Shown here piece after piece: positions 9,768 through 19,382 of a stretch of DNA of 64,000 nt. Location of the stretch: contig CAYITD010000001.1 in the NCBI GenBank assembly GCA_964366325.1, positions 119,634-183,633 of the forward strand, in the 5' to 3' direction. Source of the stretch: Candidatus Woesearchaeota archaeon (GTDB taxonomy: Archaea; Nanobdellota; Nanobdellia; Pacearchaeales; GW2011-AR1). Both the position numbers and the translations under genes were made by a program. Positions within the stretch are counted from its first letter, which is position 1, and every line of letters begins with the position of its first letter. The notes beneath the pieces were generated by a model. That model searched no databases. It worked only from the letters and a program-made list of their open reading frames with translations, and was not told where the DNA came from.

Positions 9768-10097
9768 TCAACCTTTCTTCACAACCGCAGCCGTTCCATA
9801 ACAAATAACTTCGGTTATTCCAGAAGCAATTTCCGTTGCATCATATCTAACGCCGACAATTGCATTAGCCCCTAGTTCTTCCGCATGAGCCATCATCATA
9901 CTAAATGATTCTTTTCTCGCTTGTTCACAAAGTTCCGTATAGAGTGTGATATTTCCTCCAAATAGAGACTGAATTCCAGCTCCAATGTTTCCTATTATAG
10001 AACGAGATCTAACAATAATTCCTCTGACAACGCCAAGGCTTTTTGTTATTTTGTATCCCTCCAATTGAAAAGTAGTTGAAGTCATTTCTAGTTTCAT
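9768..10097 (-). CDS. UPF0145/YbjQ family protein (DUF74)
   Basis: 109 aa; [27 protein letters not shown]...AIVGVRYD matches YbjQ-like fold. Confidence 0.8.
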   Translation of the reverse strand: MKLEMTSTTFQLEGYKITKSLGVVRGIIVRSRSIIGNIGAGIQSLFGGNITLYTELCEQARKESFSMMMAHAEELGANAIVGVRYDATEIASGITEVICYGTAAVVKKG

Positions 10098-10121
10098 ATC
10101 TGATTAAAAAAGAGGTTTTAT

Positions 10122-10454
10122 TTAAATCTTCTTGATAGTTGGCTTTCTCAACAGATTTTTCATTTCTTCATCTATTAGAGGTTTTATTTTTTCTTTTGAA
10201 ACATCAATATCGGTGTATTTGTTTTTGAATTTATTCTCAATTTTGTTTTCTATTTCTTTTTTTAATAAATGGACATCTTCATAGTTCCAATTATATAGGC
10301 TACTTTTCTTTATGGCTTGTGATCTATATTCAATCTCTTCAAATTCTAAATGATTTATTGATTCTGGTTTTGAAGTTTTACTTACTAAAATCTTATGAAC
10401 AATAGTATTTGCAATAAGCTTGCTTAAAGAGTCTATAGTTTTATTTTTTCCCAT
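10122..10454 (-). CDS. Hypothetical protein
   Basis: 110-aa Lys/Glu-rich ORF downstream of nucleotidyltransferase gene. Confidence 0.3.
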   Translation of the reverse strand: MGKNKTIDSLSKLIANTIVHKILVSKTSKPESINHLEFEEIEYRSQAIKKSSLYNWNYEDVHLLKKEIENKIENKFKNKYTDIDVSKEKIKPLIDEEMKNLLRKPTIKKI

Positions 10455-11260
10455 TTTGCCTCTTTTATCTCTTGTTCGGTTTCTTTTAGAGATATTATTA
10501 AATAGTCTAAGGCTATTTTTCTCTCTGGTAAAGAAGCAGTGTTGCTTACTAATTTTGAAATTAAATATCTTCCAAGTTCTTTAGTTAATTCTGAAGAGAG
10601 CTTATAGTTATCAATAACTCCTCGCATTAGTAATTTTACAAGCCACAGATTTCTTATACATTCATAGATTTCTTTTCCATTGTTGATAATTAGAGGATCG
10701 CTCCAGTCCAATTTCATAAGTAGATCCAATTTTGAGAGCTCTATTTTTTTAGGAATTTTGGTATTGCCGTATATAATCTTATGATCCTTCAATTGGTAGA
10801 TTAATGATGGATTCTTTGAGTATGACTCTAAAAATATCTTTTTTGAAATTACTTGAATATCTAAATTTAATCCTGATCTTTTAGCTTTCTCTTCTAAATT
10901 AATTATACTATCTCTTCTCTCTTGAATTTCAGAAGATATTGCTTTTTTTGTTATAATAATAACATCAATATCTTTGTATTCTTTATAACTAGTTTGTATA
11001 GCTGAGCCGATTAATATTATCGATTCTATATTTTTTATATTTGAGAGAATAATATTTTTTATTTTATTTTCTATTGCTATATGTTGCGGATTGTAAGAGA
11101 GTCTCTTTAATAGATATTCTGCATTAATGTTTGCAATTTGCTTAAGCTTTGGCCTGATTGCCCTAGTCAAAATATTTGAGTCTAGTTGAGTAATTCTTCT
11201 ATTCTTGAGTTTTTTTTCTATAACTTCTATTTCTCTCTTTGTTAAGATTGGACTTTCCAT
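10433..11260 (-). CDS. Nucleotidyltransferase (Pol beta superfamily) domain protein
   Basis: ILIGSAIQTSYKEYKDIDVIII fits hG[GS]x9-13DhD minimal NTase motif. Confidence 0.55.
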   Translation of the reverse strand: MESPILTKREIEVIEKKLKNRRITQLDSNILTRAIRPKLKQIANINAEYLLKRLSYNPQHIAIENKIKNIILSNIKNIESIILIGSAIQTSYKEYKDIDVIIITKKAISSEIQERRDSIINLEEKAKRSGLNLDIQVISKKIFLESYSKNPSLIYQLKDHKIIYGNTKIPKKIELSKLDLLMKLDWSDPLIINNGKEIYECIRNLWLVKLLMRGVIDNYKLSSELTKELGRYLISKLVSNTASLPERKIALDYLIISLKETEQEIKEAKWEKIKL

Positions 11261-11367
11261 ATAACCCTTTAAAGGATTAAGTATATAAATCTGCTGGATT
11301 GAATAATTTTCTTTTCCAAAAAATTCATTATAGCATAAGTATATAACTAAGTGAAATAGATAATACT

Positions 11368-11634
11368 ATGGAGTTAACACAAAAGGAAGTTAAATTTCTC
11401 ACTATGATGGATGAAACTCGATTATCTAATAAAAAAATGTTCAAAAGAGACTCAGAAGGATTTAGGAAATTATTTTCATTCACAGACAAGGAAATGAATG
11501 TTGCTGTAAAAAAGTTGGTAAAGAAAGGTTTCCTAAGTGAAATGGATCTTGGCTCAAATGAAGTAGTTTACTTTCACACAGACAAGGTTTCTAAAGGTAT
11601 TTTGGATACAAAGTTAAGCTCTGCTAGGCATTAA
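11368..11634 (+). CDS. Hypothetical small protein, possible winged-helix
   Basis: 88 aa; AVKKLVKKGFL resembles wHTH recognition helix region; weak. Confidence 0.3.
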   Translation: MELTQKEVKFLTMMDETRLSNKKMFKRDSEGFRKLFSFTDKEMNVAVKKLVKKGFLSEMDLGSNEVVYFHTDKVSKGILDTKLSSARH

Positions 11635-11940
11635 TTATGTTAATTTTTCATAGACATTTTTTCTTTTAGTCTCTTCAAATTTATAGTTATTCTTTTTTTG
11701 CACACTGAACAACTTCCTAGAATATAAAATACATTTTCATGATCAACAATAATTTTTCTTTTAATCTCGCAATTGTTACAATTAAAGTTTATGTTTTTCA
11801 TAGTTATTTAAAGATTAAAATAGGGTTGCTAAAATAGTCTACCCCTAGAGAAGAAAACCTGCTATATAGACCTATGCTATTTCACCAAACTTTTCATATG
11901 TTTAAAAACCTTTAAAACCCTTAATTCTTAATCAATTTTA

Positions 11941-12023
11941 GCCCGGATGGCGCAGTGGTTACCGCGTAAGTTTGGAGAACTTATTTCCGCAAGGATTCGC
12001 AGGTTCAAATCCTGCTCCGGGCG
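11941..12023 (+). tRNA. tRNA-Ser (anticodon GGA), class II with long variable arm
   Basis: 7-bp acceptor GCCCGGA/TCCGGGC, D-loop AGTGGTTA, anticodon stem TAAGT/ACTTA with loop TTGGAGA, T-arm GCAGG-TTCAAAT-CCTGC, discriminator G; followed by TTTTTTGTTTTT; TATA-like tttaaaac ~27 nt upstream. Confidence 0.8.
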
Positions 12024-12096
12024 TTTTTTGTTTTTAGATTATGTACCTTAAACTCACTATAATAATACTTAAATAATCTGAAACTTAGAAAAAATC

Positions 12097-12396
12097 ATGA
12101 CGATAAACATCGAAGATGTAAATATTGAAATAGAAGGAAGAAGCAATGATTCTCCTCTAGAAGTAACTTTGTTTGAAGGAATTTTACCCAATCTTAGGTC
12201 TTCTTCTTACCCTTGTGCTTATGCGCAAGGTAAAGCGTCAGATAATCCAGGAATTACTGTTGTTGGCTATCCATATGAGAGAAATGGAAAATATCTTAGC
12301 ATGACTTCTGATAAAATTACTCAAGGTGAAACAACTAAATTAAGCGGGTGGCGTTTATACAATGGATCTATTCACAGCATTAGAAAATTAAGTTAA
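12097..12396 (+). CDS. Hypothetical protein
   Basis: 99-aa ORF after tRNA-Ser. Confidence 0.3.
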   Translation: MTINIEDVNIEIEGRSNDSPLEVTLFEGILPNLRSSSYPCAYAQGKASDNPGITVVGYPYERNGKYLSMTSDKITQGETTKLSGWRLYNGSIHSIRKLS

Positions 12397-12404
12397 ACAG
12401 CAAA

Positions 12405-13094
12405 CTAACCTTCAATCACAGTACCTTTAAAATTTTCGCCTCTAAGGATTCCATCAAGATTTTTCATATCTCTTCCAATTATATAAGTCTTAATTTTATA
12501 CTTTCTTATAATCTCAGAAGCACTTTGATCTAAAACAAAATGCTGCCCAGCTTTGAATTTTATTCTTAAAGCTCTCTTTTCAAAATCTTTCCAAGGAATA
12601 TAAGGTATGAATTTTGCATTCTTATTAATTTCAGGATTTGAACTGTATAATCCATCCGTCTTAGTTATATTAATAAATTCTCCTTTAAGAAATTTGGCAA
12701 GCTTTGCAGCCGTTCCATCTGAAGTTGATTTTTCTGCATATCTCAAAGCACCACAAACTACAACCTTATTTTTCCAGAGATTATGTTTTACTTCTTCCAT
12801 ATCTAAAGGTAGTTTACCATTAGCCTCTTTGCCAAAAACTTTCATGATAAATTGAGCATTCGTTCTAGTGGCCATTATACCTGCCAAAGAGAGTTCCTTT
12901 TTCGATTTACCCTCTTTTTCCAATATAGAGATATATTTCCGAGCAAGGCTCCCGCCACCACAAACTACAACAAATTTATATTTTTTAGAGTGTTTTCTTA
13001 GTATTTTAATAAAATCATCCAGAAGTTTATAATTTGGTTTTCCATCAGGGATAATAACACTTCCTCCAAGACTTATCACCATTACATCTTTCAT
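12405..13094 (-). CDS. Amino acid kinase family protein (UMP kinase-like), paralog of 9085-9762
   Basis: MKDVMVISLGGS...VVVCGGGSLAR; same fold/motifs as the other copy. Confidence 0.7.
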   Translation of the reverse strand: MKDVMVISLGGSVIIPDGKPNYKLLDDFIKILRKHSKKYKFVVVCGGGSLARKYISILEKEGKSKKELSLAGIMATRTNAQFIMKVFGKEANGKLPLDMEEVKHNLWKNKVVVCGALRYAEKSTSDGTAAKLAKFLKGEFINITKTDGLYSSNPEINKNAKFIPYIPWKDFEKRALRIKFKAGQHFVLDQSASEIIRKYKIKTYIIGRDMKNLDGILRGENFKGTVIEG

Positions 13095-13142
13095 AGAATC
13101 ATAAACTAATCATTCTTTTTAAACATTCCAATGGCTTGAACT

Positions 13143-13745
13143 CTACTTAAAAATTTCACCATTTTCTTTGCTCCATAATAACAAATCTAATTCATCAGCA
13201 GGTATTCCGAGGTTTTTAGAAAACTCAAGGAATTTTTTTTCTTTATCAAAATAATCTTTTCTATTCTTTATCTTCTCTTCATCAATAACCCCAGACTCTT
13301 TTAAATTTTTTAAAATGTGTCTATCAAGTATAGCTATCTGGTTATTCGATTTACCGATATTCCTCAAAAAGTGTCCAGATTCTTTAAGACCATATCCGTT
13401 AACATTATCAGCCAACCAATTTCTTAATTCAACGATAAGTTTGCTATCCAATTTTTCAACAACTTCCACCCATTTTTCTTTTCCTTCTAATATTCTTTTA
13501 GTTTTTGTGTTATGGAATCTAGTCCTTGTTTTTAAAATTTCTAAAACATTTTCAAAGTTAACTTCCTTCAGTTTCTTTATTTCAAGTACTGCACCCCAAC
13601 ATCTCTGAGCATTGCTCTGTGGCGTCAGTAAGCAAAACATGAATTCATTAAATTGTTCTTGCTCGTTTTTATTTTTAAAATCTTCAAGCCTTTCTTTTAT
13701 TTCTTTTTTCTTTAAATCATAACTAGATAAAAAATCATTTTTCAT
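13143..13745 (-). CDS. ogg: Archaeal 8-oxoguanine DNA glycosylase/AP lyase (Ogg, HhH-GPD)
   Basis: FCLLTPQSNAQRCW and GYGLKESGHFLRNIG...AILDRHI closely parallel M. jannaschii-type Ogg (catalytic Lys in HhH, Asp in DRHI). Confidence 0.85.
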   Translation of the reverse strand: MKNDFLSSYDLKKKEIKERLEDFKNKNEQEQFNEFMFCLLTPQSNAQRCWGAVLEIKKLKEVNFENVLEILKTRTRFHNTKTKRILEGKEKWVEVVEKLDSKLIVELRNWLADNVNGYGLKESGHFLRNIGKSNNQIAILDRHILKNLKESGVIDEEKIKNRKDYFDKEKKFLEFSKNLGIPADELDLLLWSKENGEIFK

Positions 13746-13779
13746 AGGAAAACAGAACAATTAACTTATTTATTCATTT

Positions 13780-14442
13780 CTATCTATATTTCTTATAATT
13801 CAGACAAAAGTTCTTATTGCCTTTTTTAAACTCTCGATGTACTTCATCTATAGCTCTTATTACGTCATTATAATCTTTAGCAAGGAAAAGGAGATCAAGG
13901 TCTTTTTTTTCAAAATATTTTCTCTTTAAAGGCCATCTCTTGAGCCATTTTATGAGGTCTGGCCACATATCACCCATTAAAATGATAGGTATATGGCAAA
14001 TCTTATTTGTTTGCACAAGTTGCCAAGTATAAAATAATTCCAGCAAAGTGCCAACCCCTCCATCAGCCACAACAACAGCGTTAGATAAAAGCATAAATTC
14101 ATCTAGTCTATTAGTAAATCTCATAAAGGTTTCTTGATAATCGAGACTTTTGTTAAATTTTTGCTCTTTTGGAAGTTTTATGCCTAAACCTATACTATGT
14201 GCATTCGTAATCTTACTTTCAGTCTTGTGTCCAGAATTCGCAGCCTCCATTAACCCTGGCCCACCGCCAGTTACAACATCTATCCCTCTCTCGGCTAGCA
14301 GTTTAGCTAATAAATAAACATTTTTATAGACCTTATCTTCCTTTTTTATTCTAGCAGAGCCAAATATAGCGACTCTGAAATGTTTAGGATCTAAAGATCC
14401 TATTAACCTTCTTTTTGTTTCCATTAACAACCAAGAAGTCAA
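13780..14442 (-). CDS. LOG family protein (cytokinin riboside 5'-monophosphate phosphoribohydrolase-like, TIGR00730)
   Basis: GGGPGLMEA and VVADGGVGTLLEL = LOG PGGxGTxxE signature. Confidence 0.8.
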   Translation of the reverse strand: MTSWLLMETKRRLIGSLDPKHFRVAIFGSARIKKEDKVYKNVYLLAKLLAERGIDVVTGGGPGLMEAANSGHKTESKITNAHSIGLGIKLPKEQKFNKSLDYQETFMRFTNRLDEFMLLSNAVVVADGGVGTLLELFYTWQLVQTNKICHIPIILMGDMWPDLIKWLKRWPLKRKYFEKKDLDLLFLAKDYNDVIRAIDEVHREFKKGNKNFCLNYKKYR

Positions 14443-14489
14443 GTATTTTTATATCTGATGTTTTGAGAGTTTGGTTTTAAGCAAGACTG

Positions 14490-15215
14490 TTATTCTTTAG
14501 CCTGATTCCACAGAATGTCAAAAATCAACTTCATTGTCTGAGCTACTTGCTCATTTTGTATTATGAATCCAACTGTTTCTTTTCTAATTGATAAGATTCC
14601 AACTTTCTTTCCATAAATGTAGATCATACATGGGAATTCTTTTAACAATGGAAGAAATCTTATTTTTGTAATCTTCTTATAAGCTTTTGTTTCGAATAAC
14701 CGGTTGCTATTTGGTTCTATAATTATCTTAGCAGGAATTTTCCTTTCTAGGCGAATTATTCTAGCATTTGCAGGTATGTGTAATAATTCCTCTATTTGAT
14801 GAGTTCCTCTGCCAAAGAAATATATCTGCTGTTTTTCCCTATAAATGTCCATATATATCGAGTGTAGACCTTTTAGTCCTTCAAACATTTCGATGTTAGA
14901 CGGCTCTATAACATTCTTTCTTAAATTTATTAAGTCAGGTATTACTTCATCTAATAATCTTTTTTTTCGGTCTACATCTTCACTTATTTTTTTCGGATCA
15001 CTAGCTTGATAGTGCGTAATTTTTTCTTTCAAGTAACTAGAGACTAAGCCTTTCCTTATGAGATATTTTAAGGTATTGTAAACAGTTGTTTTCGGATAGT
15101 CTGTTCTTCCAGATATTTTTTGAAGATTTGATTCTCCTAATTGTAAAATAATAAGATAAACTTCTATTTCTTTATTACTTAATCCATATTCTTTAAGAGC
15201 CATCTTTATATCCAT
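14490..15215 (-). CDS. TrmB-family transcriptional regulator
   Basis: N-terminal wHTH LSNKEIEVYLIILQLGESNLQKISGRTDYPKTTVYNTLKYLIRKGLV typical of TrmB. Confidence 0.7.
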   Translation of the reverse strand: MDIKMALKEYGLSNKEIEVYLIILQLGESNLQKISGRTDYPKTTVYNTLKYLIRKGLVSSYLKEKITHYQASDPKKISEDVDRKKRLLDEVIPDLINLRKNVIEPSNIEMFEGLKGLHSIYMDIYREKQQIYFFGRGTHQIEELLHIPANARIIRLERKIPAKIIIEPNSNRLFETKAYKKITKIRFLPLLKEFPCMIYIYGKKVGILSIRKETVGFIIQNEQVAQTMKLIFDILWNQAKE

Positions 15216-15285
15216 AAATTTTAGAGTCCTCAGAGGTTTATAATTTTATGCTCAGTATTCCATTTTGGTGGAATAAGGTTTATAT

Positions 15286-16404
15286 ATGGAAATCAAGCGA
15301 AAATATATGAAAGATCTACCAAAAACAATTTCGGAATATGAAACTGAAGCATTAAGAAAAATGCCGCTAAAAGTAGCAGATTATGTAAGGAAAGCCGCAG
15401 GTTCAGGTAAAACTAATGAGAATAATATCTCAGCATTCGATAAATATTGTATTGTTCCCTCGGTTTTGAGAAATTTAGGAGAAGTAGATACTACCATTTC
15501 TGCAATAGGCAAAAAAATACAAACTCCAATTATGATTTCTCCAATAGCTTGGCAAGAGTTGTATTCTCCAGATAAAGAAAGTACTTCAGTTAATGCTGCT
15601 CAGCAATTTGGAACTAATATTGTTATCTCTTCATTTTCTACACAAGGATTTGAAGAAATTAAAAAAAATTGTGGGAATTTAAGTAATGTATGGTATCAAA
15701 CGCTTTGTCACAAAGATTTTAGAATTACAGAAAGATATATTTCTAAAGCAAAAGAGGCAGGAGTTTCTGCAATAGTGCTTCTCGTTGACGCTCCTTCAGG
15801 TTGCACAATGTGTAGCAAGAAGAAGAGCCCTATAACTGGAGGTAGCAGAATCTTTCCAGAAGTTAATAGCACTAGGTTACCCCTTCTTCCAATGAATGAG
15901 GGAGACAGTTTTAATTCCCTAGATCATTACTATACCGAAAATTTAGATTCAAGTAAGTTAAGCTGGGACAATATAGCGAATTTAGTAAATATAGCTGGAA
16001 TTCCAGTTTTTCTAAAAGGTATATTAAACGCTGGAGATGCTTACAAAGCTAGCAAAATTGGAGCTAAAGGAATAATAATTTCTAATCATGGCGGCAGACA
16101 GTTAGATAAGGCTATTCCAACACTTTTAGCCTTACAAAATATTAGAAAAAACAAAGATTATGGAGACATGCAAATATATTTAGATGGAGGTTTAAGATCC
16201 GGGCAAGATGTATTTATTGCGCTTGCTCTTGGGGCAGATGGAGTGTTTATAGGCAGGTCTTTTATTTACGGTCTAGTTGTTGGAGGTAAAGAAGGTATTG
16301 TATCTGTATTGGATATAATTAATAGAGAGTTAGCACATACAATGCAACAGGCTGGATGTAGCAAAATTAAAGATATAACAAATAATAACGTTCAAGTGAT
16401 TTAA
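15286..16404 (+). CDS. FMN-dependent alpha-hydroxy acid dehydrogenase/oxidase (lactate/glycolate oxidase family)
   Basis: diagnostic ISNHGGRQLD motif, TIM-barrel length 372 aa. Confidence 0.85.
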   Translation: MEIKRKYMKDLPKTISEYETEALRKMPLKVADYVRKAAGSGKTNENNISAFDKYCIVPSVLRNLGEVDTTISAIGKKIQTPIMISPIAWQELYSPDKESTSVNAAQQFGTNIVISSFSTQGFEEIKKNCGNLSNVWYQTLCHKDFRITERYISKAKEAGVSAIVLLVDAPSGCTMCSKKKSPITGGSRIFPEVNSTRLPLLPMNEGDSFNSLDHYYTENLDSSKLSWDNIANLVNIAGIPVFLKGILNAGDAYKASKIGAKGIIISNHGGRQLDKAIPTLLALQNIRKNKDYGDMQIYLDGGLRSGQDVFIALALGADGVFIGRSFIYGLVVGGKEGIVSVLDIINRELAHTMQQAGCSKIKDITNNNVQVI

Positions 16405-16419
16405 CAAGTTAGCAAAATA

Positions 16420-17133
16420 TCAACGCCTCTGAAACGGATTCATTTTTTGTATTATGAATCTGCTTCCAACGAACTCTGAAACAACTGCAGTAACAAGCAG
16501 TCCTTGGTAAGTAGCTTTGAAAACTCCATATATCAGAGGAATTCTCGTTTTATCAGAAACATCTTTCATTATACTATCAATCTCTTCAGGACTCAAAAGG
16601 AACTCTATAGTTTCAAGTTTACCGCTTCTATTTATTATTAAATTTTTCATAGGTCCCGGGCATTCAACACTAATAACACTAGGGTCACTCACAACAACAG
16701 CCATTTTTCCCAAATTCAAAGCTGGTCCCTGAACAGCTTTTGCACCAAAAGGTTGTTGCAGCATTGGATTAGACATAGCAGGCATTTGCATGTTTTGCCT
16801 AGTCATTTGAGGAATAAGGGGTCTAGGCCTTAGAACATTTCTTCTTAAAGGGGAAATTAAACTTTTGAGTTCCTGTCTTTGTAGTTGTGGATGGACGATT
16901 TTAGTTTCAACATCATCATAAGTTTCCACTTGAGTTTTAATTCCTCCAATGCTTTTTCTTTCTAATATCATTTTTTTTCTTAACTCTTTCAACAAGTTAA
17001 TTTCTTTCAAGTCTTTTTCACTAGGTTTATAAGAATTCATTATAACTTCTTTTACGAAAGTTCTTAAAAAAACATCTCTTAACTCATATTTATTTTCTGA
17101 AGTCATTTTAGAAATGTGGCAACTGCTTTCCAA
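16420..17133 (-). CDS. Hypothetical protein
   Basis: 237-aa ORF, Met/Gln/Pro-rich centre, no motif recognised. Confidence 0.3.
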   Translation of the reverse strand: MESSCHISKMTSENKYELRDVFLRTFVKEVIMNSYKPSEKDLKEINLLKELRKKMILERKSIGGIKTQVETYDDVETKIVHPQLQRQELKSLISPLRRNVLRPRPLIPQMTRQNMQMPAMSNPMLQQPFGAKAVQGPALNLGKMAVVVSDPSVISVECPGPMKNLIINRSGKLETIEFLLSPEEIDSIMKDVSDKTRIPLIYGVFKATYQGLLVTAVVSEFVGSRFIIQKMNPFQRR

Positions 17134-17560
17134 CTGATTCAGCTTTTGGTTCCATACTTTCTTCTACGTTTTCCATTATACTTTGAGAAGGTTGGTTATA
17201 ATTAACTCTAGGTTCAGAATAAGGGATCCCGTACATTCTTTCCCTCAATCTCTCTTCCATCAAAGTCAAACCTTTAGCCAATGTTTTATTTTGATCCAAG
17301 AGCTTATCTATTTTATCCAAAAATTCCCTATCTTTTTCATATTCGCCTAGCGCGGCATTTTTAGTAAATGTTTTTGCAGTAGTTTCAAACAATGCAAGCA
17401 ATTGAGAAATTTCTTTAGACAAATGATCAAATCTTTCAATTAAGCCAGTATGTAATTTCTGTAAAGCTACAAAATTTTCAATTATCTTAGCATCTAAACT
17501 AGAACCACGAGCATAACTCTTCCTTCTAGAAGTAGATTTCTTCTTTCCCCTTTTCACCAT
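17108..17560 (-). CDS. Hypothetical protein (basic N-terminus, coiled-coil)
   Basis: 150 aa; MVKRGKKKSTSRRKSYARG then helical heptads. Confidence 0.3.
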   Translation of the reverse strand: MVKRGKKKSTSRRKSYARGSSLDAKIIENFVALQKLHTGLIERFDHLSKEISQLLALFETTAKTFTKNAALGEYEKDREFLDKIDKLLDQNKTLAKGLTLMEERLRERMYGIPYSEPRVNYNQPSQSIMENVEESMEPKAESVGKQLPHF

Positions 17561-17672
17561 TTAAAGTACAGCTTAAATTAATTTATAAATGTTTTTAAAT
17601 GAAGTATTTTTTATTTAATAAGGGTGCGTAGTTCAATAGAATAATATAAATAAATGCGTATCTTATTCAATT

Positions 17673-18752
17673 GTGTTATACGAAGAGGTTAAGGAAAGGA
17701 GAAGAAAATTAATAGATTTTATAAAGAAAAATCCAAAAACAACTCATAAAGAGATAAAAAACAAACTTCATTTAAAGGTAGAAAAAGTTTATTCTGGCGG
17801 AATGGAAGAAGCATTTAAAGAAGCGGGCGTTAGACCTCCGAGAACTTTTAAGATTAAAACAAAAGAAGAGAAGATAGACATTTTATTAAGCTATATTCGT
17901 AAAAATCCACTGGCTGGAGGGCACACGATAAGGAAGGATACCAAAATAAATTTTAGAACTCTTTTTAAAAATACAAAAGAACTTTTCGATTTAGCAGGAG
18001 TAGAGTACACAAGAGAAAAAAGAAGAAAGTTATTAAATAGAGATCCTGGAGACAGAAAAAAAGAAATTGTTGAATTAATTAGAAAAAACCCATTAATTAG
18101 TATAAGCGATATAGCTGCTCATACAAGGACTCACCCGTATAGAGTTTTTAAAAGCATTTCTGAAATCTACAAAGTTGCAAAAGTAGATTTTGTAGGTCGT
18201 TCAGAAAAGAGAAGACTGAAAAAGGCCGAGAAAATTTTGAATTTCATAAAGAAAAATCCTCTTGCTACGCAAAGAGAAATAAACAGGTCCTGTAAAACTC
18301 ATGTTCAAACAATATTCAAAAAAGGAATTTTTGAAGCTTATGAAAAGGCAGGAGTAGAGTTCCCATATCAACGAATTAATTTACATAGATCCTCGATAAA
18401 ATCAATTGGTCTGAGAGCAAAGAAATTTGAAGAAGAAATAGCGCTTAAGCTCTCAGGTTATGGAAAAGTCAATAGGCTGGTAAAAACAGGCAGAGGTTTT
18501 GCAGATATAGTTCTAGAAAGGAAAGATAGCAAAGCAGTATTGGAAATTAAGGATTACTTTGCGCATGAGATTTCTGTTTCTCAGGTAAAACAGCTTAACA
18601 AATATTTAGAGAACTCGGACTGTAAACTAGGATTCTTAATTTGCAGAAAAAAGCCTAAAAAAGATATATTTTTAATGGGTAATAATAAGATACATATATT
18701 GGAAGATTCGGAAATAAACAAAGTTCCAGTAATAATGGATTTGGGTGCGTAG
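17673..18752 (+). CDS. Protein with four tandem ~58-aa HTH-like repeats and C-terminal PD-(D/E)xK nuclease-like domain
   Basis: repeats KKNPxxTxxEI...F(K/E)xAGV x4; C-term GFADIVLERKD...VLEIKDY fits D...ExK restriction-endonuclease fold; GTG start (no nearby ATG). Confidence 0.5.
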   Translation: MLYEEVKERRRKLIDFIKKNPKTTHKEIKNKLHLKVEKVYSGGMEEAFKEAGVRPPRTFKIKTKEEKIDILLSYIRKNPLAGGHTIRKDTKINFRTLFKNTKELFDLAGVEYTREKRRKLLNRDPGDRKKEIVELIRKNPLISISDIAAHTRTHPYRVFKSISEIYKVAKVDFVGRSEKRRLKKAEKILNFIKKNPLATQREINRSCKTHVQTIFKKGIFEAYEKAGVEFPYQRINLHRSSIKSIGLRAKKFEEEIALKLSGYGKVNRLVKTGRGFADIVLERKDSKAVLEIKDYFAHEISVSQVKQLNKYLENSDCKLGFLICRKKPKKDIFLMGNNKIHILEDSEINKVPVIMDLGA

Positions 18753-18815
18753 GATAATGGCTCAGTCTGGCTGCCTCCAGAGCAGCAGGTGGGGGTTCGA
18801 TTCCCTCCGTGCCCA
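18743..18815 (+). tRNA. tRNA-Trp (anticodon CCA)
   Basis: perfect anticodon arm GCTGC-CTCCAGA-GCAGC, T-arm GGGGG-TTCGATT-CCCTC, acceptor GGGTGCG/CGTGCCC (two G-U), discriminator A; D-stem weak (G-U,G-C,A-U,U-G); 5' end overlaps stop of upstream CDS. Confidence 0.6.
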
Positions 18816-18963
18816 TTTGGGAATCGAACAGGTTCGATTACTTCAAATTTTTAACAAATTTAAATTTGAAGGATCCGCGGAACTTGTTCTGCGTGAGCAC
18901 TCCGTGTCAATTACTAAAAGGGTTTAACAGAGAATTTAAATAGCTCTTCTTTGTGGCAAAATT

Positions 18964-19341
18964 ATGGTAGATAAGTCAATATTACAATATAGGAAAGAAG
19001 CTGATGAAGCAATTTTATTTTTTCACAGAACAAATATACCTATAGAAGATATAATTGAAGATACGGCAATTAGATTTACGTCTGAATTTAGGGAAATAGG
19101 AGCTAAAGATAATGAATATGCAACAAGAGCTGTAGCCAATGTGGCGGAAAGTATATGTTCTAGAGTTAGTTGTAGTCTAGGTCAAAATCAGGCCAACTTT
19201 AGTGGAGAAGTACTAGCGAAAAATTGCGAAGCGGTTTCGGCTATTACAATTTCTTATCTTCTTAATCTTGCAAATACTAGAGGATCGCCTCCGCATAAAA
19301 ATATTTATGAACATTTAGCATTTTTAAGAGATCTTAAGTAA
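18964..19341 (+). CDS. Hypothetical protein
   Basis: 125-aa ORF. Confidence 0.3.
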   Translation: MVDKSILQYRKEADEAILFFHRTNIPIEDIIEDTAIRFTSEFREIGAKDNEYATRAVANVAESICSRVSCSLGQNQANFSGEVLAKNCEAVSAITISYLLNLANTRGSPPHKNIYEHLAFLRDLK

Positions 19342-19382
19342 TGGTCAGATTCTAAATCCTAGTAGGTTAGAGTCAAGAAGTT

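Noticed and set aside
18745-18927. 60-aa plus-strand ORF
   Set aside because: Overlaps the tRNA-Trp gene and its downstream hairpin; spurious.
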